Source of the DNA: Patescibacteria group bacterium
GTDB taxonomy: Bacteria; Patescibacteriota; Patescibacteriia; UBA10025; JAHIVO01
Direction of reading: 5' to 3'
Length of the DNA: 64,000 nucleotides
NCBI GenBank assembly: GCA_018816445.1
Contig: JAHIVO010000001.1
Location: 8,354 to 72,353, forward strand
The stretch's first letter is position 1. Every line of letters starts with the position of its first letter. Shown in pieces: positions 48,187 through 59,582 of the stretch. The notes under the pieces are model-generated. The model ran no database searches, was not told the origin of the DNA, and saw nothing but the letters and a program-made list of their open reading frames with translations. Made by a program: the position numbers and the translations under genes.

Positions 48187-49728
48187 ATGATTAATATAAA
48201 AAGAAGTAAAATTCAATTAGTAATCAAGATTATAATATGGTTAATTCCAATAATTATTTTAATTTGGGTGGCCAATAAGCAATTTGTACCAGGAGGAAAA
48301 TTGGAAGTAACATATAATGTTCCGGAAGAATCAAAGTTCATTAAAAATTTCGCCTCAAAGGAACCAAATCAATATATCGGTACAAAAAATGAACTAGGAA
48401 ATAATGACTATACCCATTTAATAACTGTTTCTCCGGTTTATTTTGATGTCTACGTACCGCGGGCTTTTCCAAAAGCCACTATTACTTTAAGGTATGATAA
48501 TAAAGACGAGCAACCGCTTATCCAATTAGGTTCAAAAGTATCCAACGACGCTTATTACTATGAAGATATGGCCATGTATAATAAAGAAATTGAAAAAATA
48601 TTAAATAATGAATATGAAGCCTGGACCTGGATAACTAAAGACGATCTAATCCTTTTCCAAAAAAGTGATAAGCTTTATGAGTCAATTGATTATTTTTTGG
48701 ATAATTTGCCAGATCCTGACAAAATACTGCAATATAATTATAAATTAGCAAATAATATTGAGTTGCCTGGATATTTCCCGGCTTCACAAAAATCAGTAAT
48801 TAGAAAAAGTATACGTGGCCAGCATGAATTATTTACATACATTACGCGTGATGAACCTCTGAATTTTACATTTATAACCCAGGATATTAATAGAAATAAT
48901 GGTGTTGATGAAATTGAAATTACTATCTTTGATAATTCGGATAAATTGATTGACGAAATTATCTTGCCAGACGATGGAGAGATAATGGCATCGGGAAAAG
49001 TGATGCCGGAGAGAAATGTTGGAATATTTTTAAATGACATACCGGCGGGTGTTTATCGTATAAATTTAGATACTACAGATGATGTATTTATTAAAGAAAT
49101 TCAAACACAGCAACATTTGATTATGTTTAAAGATAATATTTATCTAACTGACAATGAAGAGTATAAAGACATCTTAGGAGATAAAACACATCAGTCAACA
49201 CAGTTATTTACAAATGCTAAAGAGGTTGATTTTAAAACCGCCCATGATGATGGCTGGCAAACTATTATTATTAATGGATTCCCGATACAAATAAATGAGA
49301 GCCATAAATATTTTAATATTAATGGACTTGATGGTATATCTGAAATTTCTATTCCAAAAAATGATTTATTAGTTGAAGGAGATGGGTTCTTCTTTTTCTC
49401 ATCAGAAAATTCTTTTGATCCGTATTATAATCTTACCACTAGTTTAATTGAAGTTGAGGATATAAATGAATATAATTATATAATTGCTAGGTATATACCT
49501 GCAAAAAAGAGTGGTAATTATTCAAAAGCTCAAGCAGTAGTTGAAGTTCCAAATTTATCTTATAAAACAGTCAATGACTCAACTTATTCAAGCTTTATTA
49601 TCAGTTTGCCCGGATTGTCTGAGAGTGGCAAATTATTCCACATTAAACAAATAAATATTTTGTTTGAAAAAGAACCAATAACAATTAATAATTTTTTTTC
49701 CAAGGCGAAGAATTTTATAAGTAAATAA
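48187..49728 (+). CDS. Exported/membrane-anchored hypothetical protein, paralogue of 23169..24719
   Basis: One N-terminal TM helix and a long soluble domain; shares motifs with 23169. Confidence 0.75.
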   Translation: MINIKRSKIQLVIKIIIWLIPIIILIWVANKQFVPGGKLEVTYNVPEESKFIKNFASKEPNQYIGTKNELGNNDYTHLITVSPVYFDVYVPRAFPKATITLRYDNKDEQPLIQLGSKVSNDAYYYEDMAMYNKEIEKILNNEYEAWTWITKDDLILFQKSDKLYESIDYFLDNLPDPDKILQYNYKLANNIELPGYFPASQKSVIRKSIRGQHELFTYITRDEPLNFTFITQDINRNNGVDEIEITIFDNSDKLIDEIILPDDGEIMASGKVMPERNVGIFLNDIPAGVYRINLDTTDDVFIKEIQTQQHLIMFKDNIYLTDNEEYKDILGDKTHQSTQLFTNAKEVDFKTAHDDGWQTIIINGFPIQINESHKYFNINGLDGISEISIPKNDLLVEGDGFFFFSSENSFDPYYNLTTSLIEVEDINEYNYIIARYIPAKKSGNYSKAQAVVEVPNLSYKTVNDSTYSSFIISLPGLSESGKLFHIKQINILFEKEPITINNFFSKAKNFISK

Positions 49729-49729
49729 T

Positions 49730-50164
49730 ATGACAAATTTTGAAGAACAGATTTTTAATTTTAAAAACAGGTCAGATGCGATTTGGTTTTTTTCCACAAT
49801 TATAAAACAAGCTTTTAAAATAGGATTATCAAGCTATATAATATTTATAATAATTGATGAATTGTTTAATAATTTTATATCAGATTTTTTTAGCCTTAAT
49901 ATTTTTTTAGTAATAGTAATAATCATCGGAATAATTACATATATCATAGGGAAGTATGAATCAATTGAGTCTGGTGATATTATTAAGGAAAGTAAAAATA
50001 ATTTAATATACATAATTGTCAGCCTTGCAAGTGCCGCCTTGATTTTTTACAAAATTAATGAAATAGGTAAATTAGCATATATAATTTCAATAATTACAGG
50101 AATTTCAGTATTTTTATTAGCAAAATTATTTTTTATTAAAAAAAATATAACTAACAATAATTAA
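49730..50164 (+). CDS. Small 4-TM membrane protein, paralogue 3 of 3
   Basis: YIIFIIIDELFNNFISDFFSLNIFLV; starts 1 bp after the upstream stop. Confidence 0.7.
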   Translation: MTNFEEQIFNFKNRSDAIWFFSTIIKQAFKIGLSSYIIFIIIDELFNNFISDFFSLNIFLVIVIIIGIITYIIGKYESIESGDIIKESKNNLIYIIVSLASAALIFYKINEIGKLAYIISIITGISVFLLAKLFFIKKNITNNN

Positions 50165-51439
<1,275 letters not shown>

Positions 51440-51461
51440 AATTAACTGTATTTAATTATAT

Positions 51462-51902
51462 ATGTCCATAATTGAAGAACAATCAAAAATTGTTAAACAT
51501 AAGTTGATTTGGGAAATTATTAAATATCGGAGAACTAATAAGGGCAATAGATGGCTTTCCCATTTTTGGCCTAATCAAAATGAGTGTAAGAAATTTTTTA
51601 CACCCACTTTTGCCTATCTAAACTATATCGGACCTAGTGATCAGGCTGGAGGTCATTATCATAAAAATAAAAAAGAATATTTTTGTCCTTTAGGCGATTT
51701 TAAATTGTTGATCGGCGATGTTAAGAACAAAAAGACAGAAGTTATCAAGATGTCTCTGGGAACTAAAAAATATTATTCTTTTTATTACATTCCTCCAATG
51801 GTGCCCCATGCTGTTAAAAATTGTACTGATAAGTTTCAGGCTTTAGTTGTGCTGACTAATAAAAAAGATATTTACGGAAAAACATACGATTTTAAATTTT
51901 AA
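51462..51902 (+). CDS. Cupin-fold sugar epimerase/isomerase (WxcM/FdtA or CapF-cupin-like)
   Basis: GGHYHKNKKEYF...IPPMVPHAVKN. Confidence 0.65.
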   Translation: MSIIEEQSKIVKHKLIWEIIKYRRTNKGNRWLSHFWPNQNECKKFFTPTFAYLNYIGPSDQAGGHYHKNKKEYFCPLGDFKLLIGDVKNKKTEVIKMSLGTKKYYSFYYIPPMVPHAVKNCTDKFQALVVLTNKKDIYGKTYDFKF

Positions 51903-51995
51903 CTAAATTGATAACAAACTCAGCATTTGTAGTTAAATCGTATTTAGAAAACAAATATTACTTTATTGCTGCTTCTTTAATAAAGTGTTTTTTAC

Positions 51996-52024
51996 TTGTA
52001 AAAAATGCATTTTTCCGGTATGCT
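51996..52024 (+). promoter_or_regulatory. Sigma70-type promoter of the rml operon
   Basis: TTGTAA-N17-TATGCT; 14-bp palindrome AAAAATGCATTTTT at 52001-52014. Confidence 0.45.
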
Positions 52025-52059
52025 GTGTTTATAAATATTTACTAACTACATAGATATTT

Positions 52060-53202
52060 ATGAAGTTATTAGTCACAGGCGGAGCAGGATTTATTGGCTC
52101 AAATTTTATTCACTATTGGCTAAAAGAGCATCCAGATGATTCAATTGTTAATCTGGACTGTTTAACTTATGCTGGTAATCCGTATACAGATAAAGATAGG
52201 AATAAAAAGCCAGCAAATTTAAAGGACTTAGAAAATAATCAGAATTATAAGTTTGAAAATTTTGATATTACTTGTCCGATAAAATATTCTCAGGCAGAAA
52301 CTTCTGATGAATATGGCCGTTTTGATAGCAAGGAATTTAATCGATTGAAGGATTTTATCAAGAATTCCGATACCGTTGTTCATTTTGCCGCTGAATCACA
52401 TGTTGATAAATCAGTTTTAAATGCTGGACCTGATAGACCAGATGCATACGATTTTGTTTTAACAAATACTTGGGGTACTCACATTATGCTTGAAGCCGCA
52501 GTTAAAGCTTGGAAAGATAGTAATTTTAATAATAAAAGATTCCATCATATTTCTACCGATGAAGTTTTTGGTGCTTTAGCATTGGATGACCCTAACAAAT
52601 TTAATGAACAAACGGCATACGATCCTCGCAGCCCATATTCTGCTTCAAAAGCTGGAGCTGATCATTTGGTTCGCGCTTATAATACTAGTTATGATTTGCC
52701 GACTACTATATCAAACACTTCAAATAACTATGGTCCTTATATGTATCCGGAAAAATTACTACCATTAGCAATAACAAATTTATTAGAAAATAAAAAAGTT
52801 CCAATTTATGGAGACGGAAAATATGTACGTGACTGGTTGTATGTAGATGACCATTGCCAAGCAATTGATTTAATTATAAAAAAAGGTAAAGTAGGTGATT
52901 CTTATTGCATTGGTGGTTTAACTGATGATATAAATAACTTGGAACTAATTAAAAAAGTTTTAAAAATTTTAAATAAAGATGAAAACTCTTTGGAGTACGT
53001 TAAAGATCGGCCTGGCCACGACCGTCGTTATGCGGTTAATTGGGATAAAGCAAAAAAAGAGCTAGGTTATCGGCCGAGGTATGATTTGGATACTTATTTA
53101 GAAAAAATGATTATTTGGTATCAAAAAAATGAAGCTTGGTGGAAACCTATTAAAGAGGGTGAGTTTAAAGAATATTATAAACGTCAATATATTGAAAGAT
53201 GA
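52060..53202 (+). CDS. rmlB: dTDP-glucose 4,6-dehydratase
   Basis: TGGAGFIGSNF, LTYAGN, HFAAESHVD, STDEVFG, SPYSASKA, NNYGP, RDWLYV, DRPGHDRRY. Confidence 0.95.
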   Translation: MKLLVTGGAGFIGSNFIHYWLKEHPDDSIVNLDCLTYAGNPYTDKDRNKKPANLKDLENNQNYKFENFDITCPIKYSQAETSDEYGRFDSKEFNRLKDFIKNSDTVVHFAAESHVDKSVLNAGPDRPDAYDFVLTNTWGTHIMLEAAVKAWKDSNFNNKRFHHISTDEVFGALALDDPNKFNEQTAYDPRSPYSASKAGADHLVRAYNTSYDLPTTISNTSNNYGPYMYPEKLLPLAITNLLENKKVPIYGDGKYVRDWLYVDDHCQAIDLIIKKGKVGDSYCIGGLTDDINNLELIKKVLKILNKDENSLEYVKDRPGHDRRYAVNWDKAKKELGYRPRYDLDTYLEKMIIWYQKNEAWWKPIKEGEFKEYYKRQYIER

Positions 53203-53218
53203 ATTTAAGAATAATAAA

Positions 53219-54070
53219 ATGAAGGTACTAATTACAGGTGCATTAGGCATGCTGGGCCAGCAATTAGCTAAAGTTTATAAAGATCAGGATCCTATTCTTT
53301 GGGATAGGGAAGTGATAGATATTACTGATAAGGATAAGGTATTAACACAGATTTCTAAGATTAAGCCTGATATTGTCTTAAATACAGCAGCTTATAATGA
53401 TGTAGACGGAGCTGAAAATAACGAGGCTCTAGCTATGGAAATTAACGGTCATGCCATTGGACACCTGGCTAAGGCGGTTAGTACTGCAGGAGGCATTCTC
53501 GTGCATTACAGCACGGACTACGTATTTAAGGGAGATAGTGTTGAAGGCTATAAAGAAGATGGTCAACCAGATCCGCAGTCTGCTTATGCGCGTTCAAAAT
53601 ATCTAGGCGAACAGGAATTAGTTGATAATATCCAAAATTATTATTTAATCAGATTATCCAGATTATTTGGGCGCCCAGCAAAGAGTAAAAGCGGAAAAAA
53701 AAGCTTTGTTGAGATAATACTTGATTTAGCTAATAACCAAGATGAAGTTAATGTCATTGATGAGGAAGTATCCTCGCCAACATATTCTGTAGATTTGGCA
53801 TTAGCCACCAAAGCAATTATTGATCAAAAAAAATCTTTTGGAATTTATCATATTTCCAATAACGGCTCCTGCACCTGGTTTGAATTTGCAAAGGAAATTT
53901 TTTCTAATTATAATATAAAAGTAAAGCTAAATCCAGTACCCGCGGATTTTTTTTCCAGACCCGCCTTACGCCCTAAATATTCAGTTTTATTGAATAATAA
54001 GACTGAACCATTGCGCAGCTGGCAATATGCACTTAAAGATTATATGTCTGTAAAAAATCATGAAATTTAA
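53219..54070 (+). CDS. rmlD: dTDP-4-dehydrorhamnose reductase
   Basis: ITGALGMLG, NTAAYNDVD, STDYVF, YARSK, SPT; start moved to ATG 53219. Confidence 0.92.
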   Translation: MKVLITGALGMLGQQLAKVYKDQDPILWDREVIDITDKDKVLTQISKIKPDIVLNTAAYNDVDGAENNEALAMEINGHAIGHLAKAVSTAGGILVHYSTDYVFKGDSVEGYKEDGQPDPQSAYARSKYLGEQELVDNIQNYYLIRLSRLFGRPAKSKSGKKSFVEIILDLANNQDEVNVIDEEVSSPTYSVDLALATKAIIDQKKSFGIYHISNNGSCTWFEFAKEIFSNYNIKVKLNPVPADFFSRPALRPKYSVLLNNKTEPLRSWQYALKDYMSVKNHEI

Positions 54071-54605
54071 GGAAACAAAATTTAATGACGCCTGGTTGAT
54101 TGAGCCGGATGTTTATAAAGATACCAGGGGATTTTTTATGGAAACTTTTTCCAAAGAATGGTTTGAGGAAAAAGGTATTAAAGTTAATTTTGTTCAGGAT
54201 AATCATTCTAAGTCGGTAAAGTCTGGAGTATTACGTGGACTGCATTTTCAGCTACCGCCGCATAATCAAGCAAAGTTAGTGCGAGTCTGTAATGGTGCAG
54301 TGTATGACGTGGTAGTTGATTTAAGAAAAGATTCTGAAACTTTTGGTCAGTGGGAGGGTTTTGAATTGACCGCAAATAATCATTTGATGTTTTTTATACC
54401 TCGCGGATTTGCCCATGGTTATTGCACCTTGCAACCAAATACTGAGTTTTTGTATAAGATTGATAATTTATATTCTCCGGAGTATGATACTGGCATAATT
54501 TGGAATGATCCGATTTTAAACATTAAATGGCCAATATCAAATCCAATTATTTCAGATAAGGATGCTCAATTACAGTCATTTAAACAATTCAAATCTCCAT
54601 TCTAA
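54060..54605 (+). CDS. rmlC: dTDP-4-dehydrorhamnose 3,5-epimerase
   Basis: DTRGFF, VQDNHS, LRGLHFQ, QAKLV, DVVVDLR, GFAHG. Confidence 0.95.
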   Translation: MKFKETKFNDAWLIEPDVYKDTRGFFMETFSKEWFEEKGIKVNFVQDNHSKSVKSGVLRGLHFQLPPHNQAKLVRVCNGAVYDVVVDLRKDSETFGQWEGFELTANNHLMFFIPRGFAHGYCTLQPNTEFLYKIDNLYSPEYDTGIIWNDPILNIKWPISNPIISDKDAQLQSFKQFKSPF

Positions 54606-54622
54606 TTTTTAATTGAAATATT

Positions 54623-55345
54623 ATGAAAGGGATAATATTAGCCGGCGGTAAAGCCACTAGGTTAAGACCATTAACAAAAATTACCAGCAAACAGCTTCTT
54701 CCTATTTATAACAAGCCGATGATTTTTTATCCGTTAAATACATTATTAACAGCCGGAATAAAAGAGATATTAATTATTGTTGCTCCTGACTACGCTGGTC
54801 ATTTTTTGCATTTACTGGGTTCTGGAAAGGATTTTGGCGCAAAATTTACATATGAAATCCAGCAATCACCGCGCGGGCTGGCTGATGCCTTCATTATTGG
54901 TGAGGATTTCATGGATGAAGATAGCGTAACCATGGTGCTTGGTGATAATATTTTTGAGGATGATTTATCGGAGGAAATAAAAAGTTTTAAAAGCGGGGGG
55001 AGGATATTTGCAAAAAAAGTAGCCGATCCAGAAAGATCTGGCGTGGTAAAATTTGATGCCAATAATAAAGCTATAAAAATCGTTGAAAAACCAAAAGAGT
55101 GGATCAGTGATTATGCCATTCCTGGATTGTACGTTTATGATAAGCGTGTTTGCCAATTTGCCAAGGAAGTCAAACCATCTGACAGGGGTGAAATTGAAAT
55201 AACAGACTTGCATAACAGTTATCTGGAAATTGGAGAACTGGATGTCAGGCAGATAAAAGGTGCCTGGTTTGATGCTGGTACGTTTGATTCACTGCTTGAG
55301 GCAAATGTATTTGTGTCAAAACACAAAAGATTAAGTAAAATTTAA
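54623..55345 (+). CDS. rmlA: Glucose-1-phosphate thymidylyltransferase (short form)
   Basis: GIILAGGKATRLRP, KQLLPIYNKPMI, LGDN, EKP, RGEIEITD, WFDAGT. Confidence 0.92.
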   Translation: MKGIILAGGKATRLRPLTKITSKQLLPIYNKPMIFYPLNTLLTAGIKEILIIVAPDYAGHFLHLLGSGKDFGAKFTYEIQQSPRGLADAFIIGEDFMDEDSVTMVLGDNIFEDDLSEEIKSFKSGGRIFAKKVADPERSGVVKFDANNKAIKIVEKPKEWISDYAIPGLYVYDKRVCQFAKEVKPSDRGEIEITDLHNSYLEIGELDVRQIKGAWFDAGTFDSLLEANVFVSKHKRLSKI

Positions 55346-55391
55346 CCAGCCAGTCAATATATAAAATATACCTGGTTTTTTTAATTATTTG

Positions 55392-56684
55392 CTAATAATT
55401 TAATGAATACAGCCCCTCATTAGATAAGAGGAAGATTTTTGTATGATTATCGTTGGATATTGACTGAAAAACATCATCAACAGTAATCTTATAAACATTG
55501 GCATTATTATTCCATGATTCCGTCATAATTATTTGATTATTTTGATAGTAAATTATGTAATTTTCATTAGCTAACCAATCAACGCTGGATATCTCAGTAG
55601 ATGTCCTGACTACTAAATTTTTTTCTGAAGTGTTAATATCATAAATAAAAATTTCATGATTATTGTTGAATAATATTTTTTCTCCATTGGCACTCCAATT
55701 CAAGTTAGTCAGGTGGTCATTAATTATATTAAATGTGTTTTGCTTGGTATCATATAAATATAGTACATCGCTGTTGATTGTAGAAAAAGGAAGATACTTA
55801 CCTTTGTATTGAAAGAAAATTATATCATCAGCGTTGATATCTGGCAGAGTATTTATTATGTCACCATCAGCATTTAAAATTGATATTGAACCATCTCCTG
55901 AAATAAAATATATTCCATTATTATATACATAGATTACGTCGTCATGGCTGAAAATTTCGTTTTTTGTTTGCTGAAATGTGTTTATACGATAAAATTTACC
56001 ATCAGCATTGATGAATATTACATCTTCTTCTGCCGAATCCCAAAATAATGATTTTATGTTCAGATTGAATTTTATTCCAATGTTAATATATTCACTTGCA
56101 TTATGAATATCATAAAGTAAAAATTCATTTTTATCTGTATTAATAATTATTTGGTTGGAATTTTGTGACCAAATAACATTATTAATTTTGTTTTCAAGCT
56201 TAATTTTCACTAAACTGGTAAAATCATCCATGGAAATAAATTCCAAGGTATTGTTGTAGTATATAGAAAATATTTTTTTATCAGGTGAGATAAATAAAGA
56301 TTGAATTTTAAATTCTGGATAAAGAAGAGTGGGGCTATCTTGTTTAGCTAATAATACAACACCCGATATAATTTCTGCTTCTGCTGATTTAATACTGACT
56401 GTCTTTGTCCAATCATAATAATTATCTTTTGAAATAATTAAATGGTAATCACCTGGAACCATGTTATTTTTTCTGAATGGTGTTTTATCTTCCAGCTGTG
56501 AGCCGTCTATTACAATATTTGCATTGCTTGGCTCAGTTTCAATGATTAATGATCCCACCTTAACAAAGTTATTAGTCTCATAATCAAAACGCCAACCTGA
56601 AGCAAATAAGATGATTAAATAGGTTATTATTAAAAATAGTATTACGATAAATAAGAAGTATAAGCGCCGAGAGGTGATATTCAT
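55392..56684 (-). CDS. PEGA-domain membrane-anchored protein with probable beta-propeller
   Basis: N-terminal TM, GSLIIETEPSNANI...PGDYHLIISKDNY.DW (PEGA), repeated WS/SPD strands. Confidence 0.75.
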   Translation of the reverse strand: MNITSRRLYFLFIVILFLIITYLIILFASGWRFDYETNNFVKVGSLIIETEPSNANIVIDGSQLEDKTPFRKNNMVPGDYHLIISKDNYYDWTKTVSIKSAEAEIISGVVLLAKQDSPTLLYPEFKIQSLFISPDKKIFSIYYNNTLEFISMDDFTSLVKIKLENKINNVIWSQNSNQIIINTDKNEFLLYDIHNASEYINIGIKFNLNIKSLFWDSAEEDVIFINADGKFYRINTFQQTKNEIFSHDDVIYVYNNGIYFISGDGSISILNADGDIINTLPDINADDIIFFQYKGKYLPFSTINSDVLYLYDTKQNTFNIINDHLTNLNWSANGEKILFNNNHEIFIYDINTSEKNLVVRTSTEISSVDWLANENYIIYYQNNQIIMTESWNNNANVYKITVDDVFQSISNDNHTKIFLLSNEGLYSLNY

Positions 56685-56723
56685 ATTTATTACAATATAT
56701 TTAATTGCGTTTTTTGTCCATAT

Positions 56724-56751
56724 TTGCCAATAAAAACATTTCTGTTATAAT
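56724..56751 (+). promoter_or_regulatory. Sigma70-type promoter of murA
   Basis: TTGCCA-N16-TATAAT with TG extension. Confidence 0.5.
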
Positions 56752-56796
56752 TACTTTGATTTTGATTGTATACAATTACGTAATTTTATTATTGTT

Positions 56797-58059
56797 ATGC
56801 CAAAATTTATTATACAAGGCGGCTCATCATTAAAAGGTGAAATAGAAGTCAGTGGAGCTAAAAATTCAGCTCTAAAATTAATGGCCGCAGCCCTGCTGAC
56901 AAGCAAGGATGTTCTTTTGGTGAATGTGCCTGATATTGAAGATATTCATACTATGAAGAAAATCCTTGAGAAACTTGGCGCAAAAATTGAATTTAATAAT
57001 CATGAAATGCATTTAAACTGCGCTGGTGTTAATAGTTACGAGCCTGATTATAAATTAGTAAAAAAATTAAGGGCTTCGGTAGTAGTTATCGGCGCTTTAG
57101 TAGCCAGGTTTGGTAAAGCTAAGATTCCCCAGCCTGGCGGTTGTATAATTGGCTCCAGGCCTATTGATACCCACATAAATGCTTTCAAACAGCTTGATAT
57201 TGAAGTGAAAGAAGAAAAAGATTTTTACTTATTTGAATGCAAAAAAGCCAGGCTCTCAGGTGCTAAAATAATTCTTGATGAAATGAGCGTAACTGCTACT
57301 GAGAATGCTTTATTAGCAGCGGTATTTGCAGATGGAATTTCAGAAATACATTTGGCTGCTTCAGAACCAGAGATTAAAGATTTAGCTGATATGCTGGAAA
57401 AAATGGGCGCTAAAATTAAAGGTGGCGGAACCCCTGTTATAAAAATTCAGGGAGTTGATAAGCTCACTGGTGTGGAGCATAGAATTATTCCAGATCGGAT
57501 TGAGGCAGGAACTTTTGCCATTGCTGCCGCAGTTAGCAGGGGGGATGTTAAAATTAAAAATATGATCCCAGACCATTTAGCCATAGTATTAAAAAAGTTT
57601 AAAAAAGCTAATATTACATTTGATATTGAGAATAACTCTACACTGCACATTAAACCCACAACAATTTTTAAAGCAGTTAATATTGACACCCGTCCGTATC
57701 CTGGATTTCCCACTGATTTACAGGCACCAATTTCAGTTTTATTTACTCAGGCCAAAGGAACCAGTAAAATATTTGAAACAATGTATGAAGGCAGGTTGGG
57801 TTATGTAAAAGAATTAGAAAAAATGGGTGCGGATATTAAAAAAGCTGATACGCACACAATAATTATCAATGGCCCAACCCCTCTTTATGGTAAGGAGATC
57901 ACCTCGTTTGATATTAGGGCAGGAGCTACTTTAATTATTGCCGCGCTTATTGCAGATGGTGAAAGTACAATTGATAAAATTGAGTTGGTGGATAGAGGGT
58001 ATGAAAAGATTGATCAAAGATTAAATAATATTGGAGCAAAAATTGAGAGAATTGGCTAA
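56797..58059 (+). CDS. murA: UDP-N-acetylglucosamine 1-carboxyvinyltransferase
   Basis: SGAKNSAL, LRAS, PGGCIIGSRP, PDRIEAGT, PGFPTDLQ, DIRAG, DRGYE. Confidence 0.96.
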   Translation: MPKFIIQGGSSLKGEIEVSGAKNSALKLMAAALLTSKDVLLVNVPDIEDIHTMKKILEKLGAKIEFNNHEMHLNCAGVNSYEPDYKLVKKLRASVVVIGALVARFGKAKIPQPGGCIIGSRPIDTHINAFKQLDIEVKEEKDFYLFECKKARLSGAKIILDEMSVTATENALLAAVFADGISEIHLAASEPEIKDLADMLEKMGAKIKGGGTPVIKIQGVDKLTGVEHRIIPDRIEAGTFAIAAAVSRGDVKIKNMIPDHLAIVLKKFKKANITFDIENNSTLHIKPTTIFKAVNIDTRPYPGFPTDLQAPISVLFTQAKGTSKIFETMYEGRLGYVKELEKMGADIKKADTHTIIINGPTPLYGKEITSFDIRAGATLIIAALIADGESTIDKIELVDRGYEKIDQRLNNIGAKIERIG

Positions 58060-58061
58060 AT

Positions 58062-59297
58062 ATGGAAAATTATAAAGCTGGAAAATCAAGTGGTATAAAA
58101 TTTTTAATAATTATTTTAGTACTTTTCTTAATAGTAATAAGTTTTTTTGCTGGTTTTTATGCTGGTGTTGATCAAAAAACCAATCAGCAGAATTCAGCCA
58201 GCTTTGGTGATGTTATAAACAAAGCCACCAGCGTATTTGATGATAATGACGAGATTGATATAAATTTATTTTTAAAAGTATGGAATAATGTAACTGAAAA
58301 ATATGTCGATAGGCCGGTTAATGACCAGGATTTATTTTATGGTGCCTTAAAAGGCATGATCAGAAGCTTAGGTGACCCATATTCAATATTTTTAGATCCA
58401 GAAGAAACAGAAAATTTTACACAAGAACTAAGCGGCAGTTTTGAAGGTATTGGAGCAGAAATCGGCATAAAAAATGACCAACTTACTGTCATTGCCGCCC
58501 TGCCTAATACTCCGGCTTATAATGCTGGATTGAAAGCTGGAGATAAGATTTTGAAAATTAATGATTTTGATACAATTGATATGAGCTTGGATATGGCTGT
58601 TAGTTTAATTCGTGGCCCACAGGAAACAGTTGTAGTACTGACAATATTATCAAGTAATAACGATGAAATTAACGAAATTTCAATAACCAGAAATATAATA
58701 GATGTTGAAAGTGTTACCTGGGAAATACTGGATGATAATATTGCTTATATCGAATTGATCCATTTTAACAGTGATACGTATAGTGATTTTAAAAAGATAG
58801 CTAATGAGATAATTTTAAAAAATCCCAATGGTATTGTCCTAGATTTAAGAAGCAATCCCGGTGGTTACCTTGATAATGCAATTGATGTAGCTGGTGAATT
58901 TTTGGAGGATAAAGTGATTGTTATTGAGGATTTTGGAGATAGTAGAGAAGAATATAAATCAGGCAATAATGCAAAACTGAAAGATATTCCCATGGTAGTT
59001 TTAGTTGATGCAGGGAGCGCTTCGGCTTCAGAAATTGTAGCTGGAGCCATGCAGGATTATGATAGAGCAACAATTGTCGGCGAGATGACTTTTGGCAAGG
59101 GTTCAGTTCAAGATTTTGAGGAATATATTGATGGCTCGTCACTTAAAATTACCGTAGCTAAGTGGCTAACTCCGAATGGAATCTCAATAGAAGATGAGGG
59201 GATCATACCAGATGTAGAGATAATCAACACAGAAGAAGACTTTAATAATAATCAGGATCCGCAGCTTGATAAGGCTTTGGAGATATTGAAACAATAG
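58062..59297 (+). CDS. ctpA: S41 carboxyl-terminal processing protease
   Basis: LGDPYS, GIGAEI (PDZ), DLRSNPGG, SASASEIVAG, TFGKGSVQ, GIIPD. Confidence 0.92.
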   Translation: MENYKAGKSSGIKFLIIILVLFLIVISFFAGFYAGVDQKTNQQNSASFGDVINKATSVFDDNDEIDINLFLKVWNNVTEKYVDRPVNDQDLFYGALKGMIRSLGDPYSIFLDPEETENFTQELSGSFEGIGAEIGIKNDQLTVIAALPNTPAYNAGLKAGDKILKINDFDTIDMSLDMAVSLIRGPQETVVVLTILSSNNDEINEISITRNIIDVESVTWEILDDNIAYIELIHFNSDTYSDFKKIANEIILKNPNGIVLDLRSNPGGYLDNAIDVAGEFLEDKVIVIEDFGDSREEYKSGNNAKLKDIPMVVLVDAGSASASEIVAGAMQDYDRATIVGEMTFGKGSVQDFEEYIDGSSLKITVAKWLTPNGISIEDEGIIPDVEIINTEEDFNNNQDPQLDKALEILKQ

Positions 59298-59301
59298 AAA
59301 T

Positions 59302-59580
59302 ATGGCAAAATATTGGCTAATTAAAGTTTATGGTATTGTTCAAGGTGTAAATTTCCGCTATAATACAAAAGAGAGAGCTGATAAATTAGGGTTACGAGGC
59401 ACTGTAAAGAATTTAGGCGATGGAAGTGTTGAAATTTGCATATCCGGTAGTGATGAATCAATTAAGAATTTAATAAATTGGCTTAAATCCAGTCCTAATT
59501 CGTGTAAAGTATCTAAAGTTATCGTTGATAAACTTGAAAATGATAAAAATATATATAATGATTTTAAAATAGTTTTTTAG
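59302..59580 (+). CDS. acyP: Acylphosphatase
   Basis: GIVQGVNFR, GTVKNLGDGSVE. Confidence 0.9.
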   Translation: MAKYWLIKVYGIVQGVNFRYNTKERADKLGLRGTVKNLGDGSVEICISGSDESIKNLINWLKSSPNSCKVSKVIVDKLENDKNIYNDFKIVF

Positions 59581-59582
59581 TT

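Noticed and set aside
55344-55382. Possible terminator after rmlA (CCAG...CTGG followed by a T tract)
   Set aside because: The stem is short and interrupted, so support is insufficient
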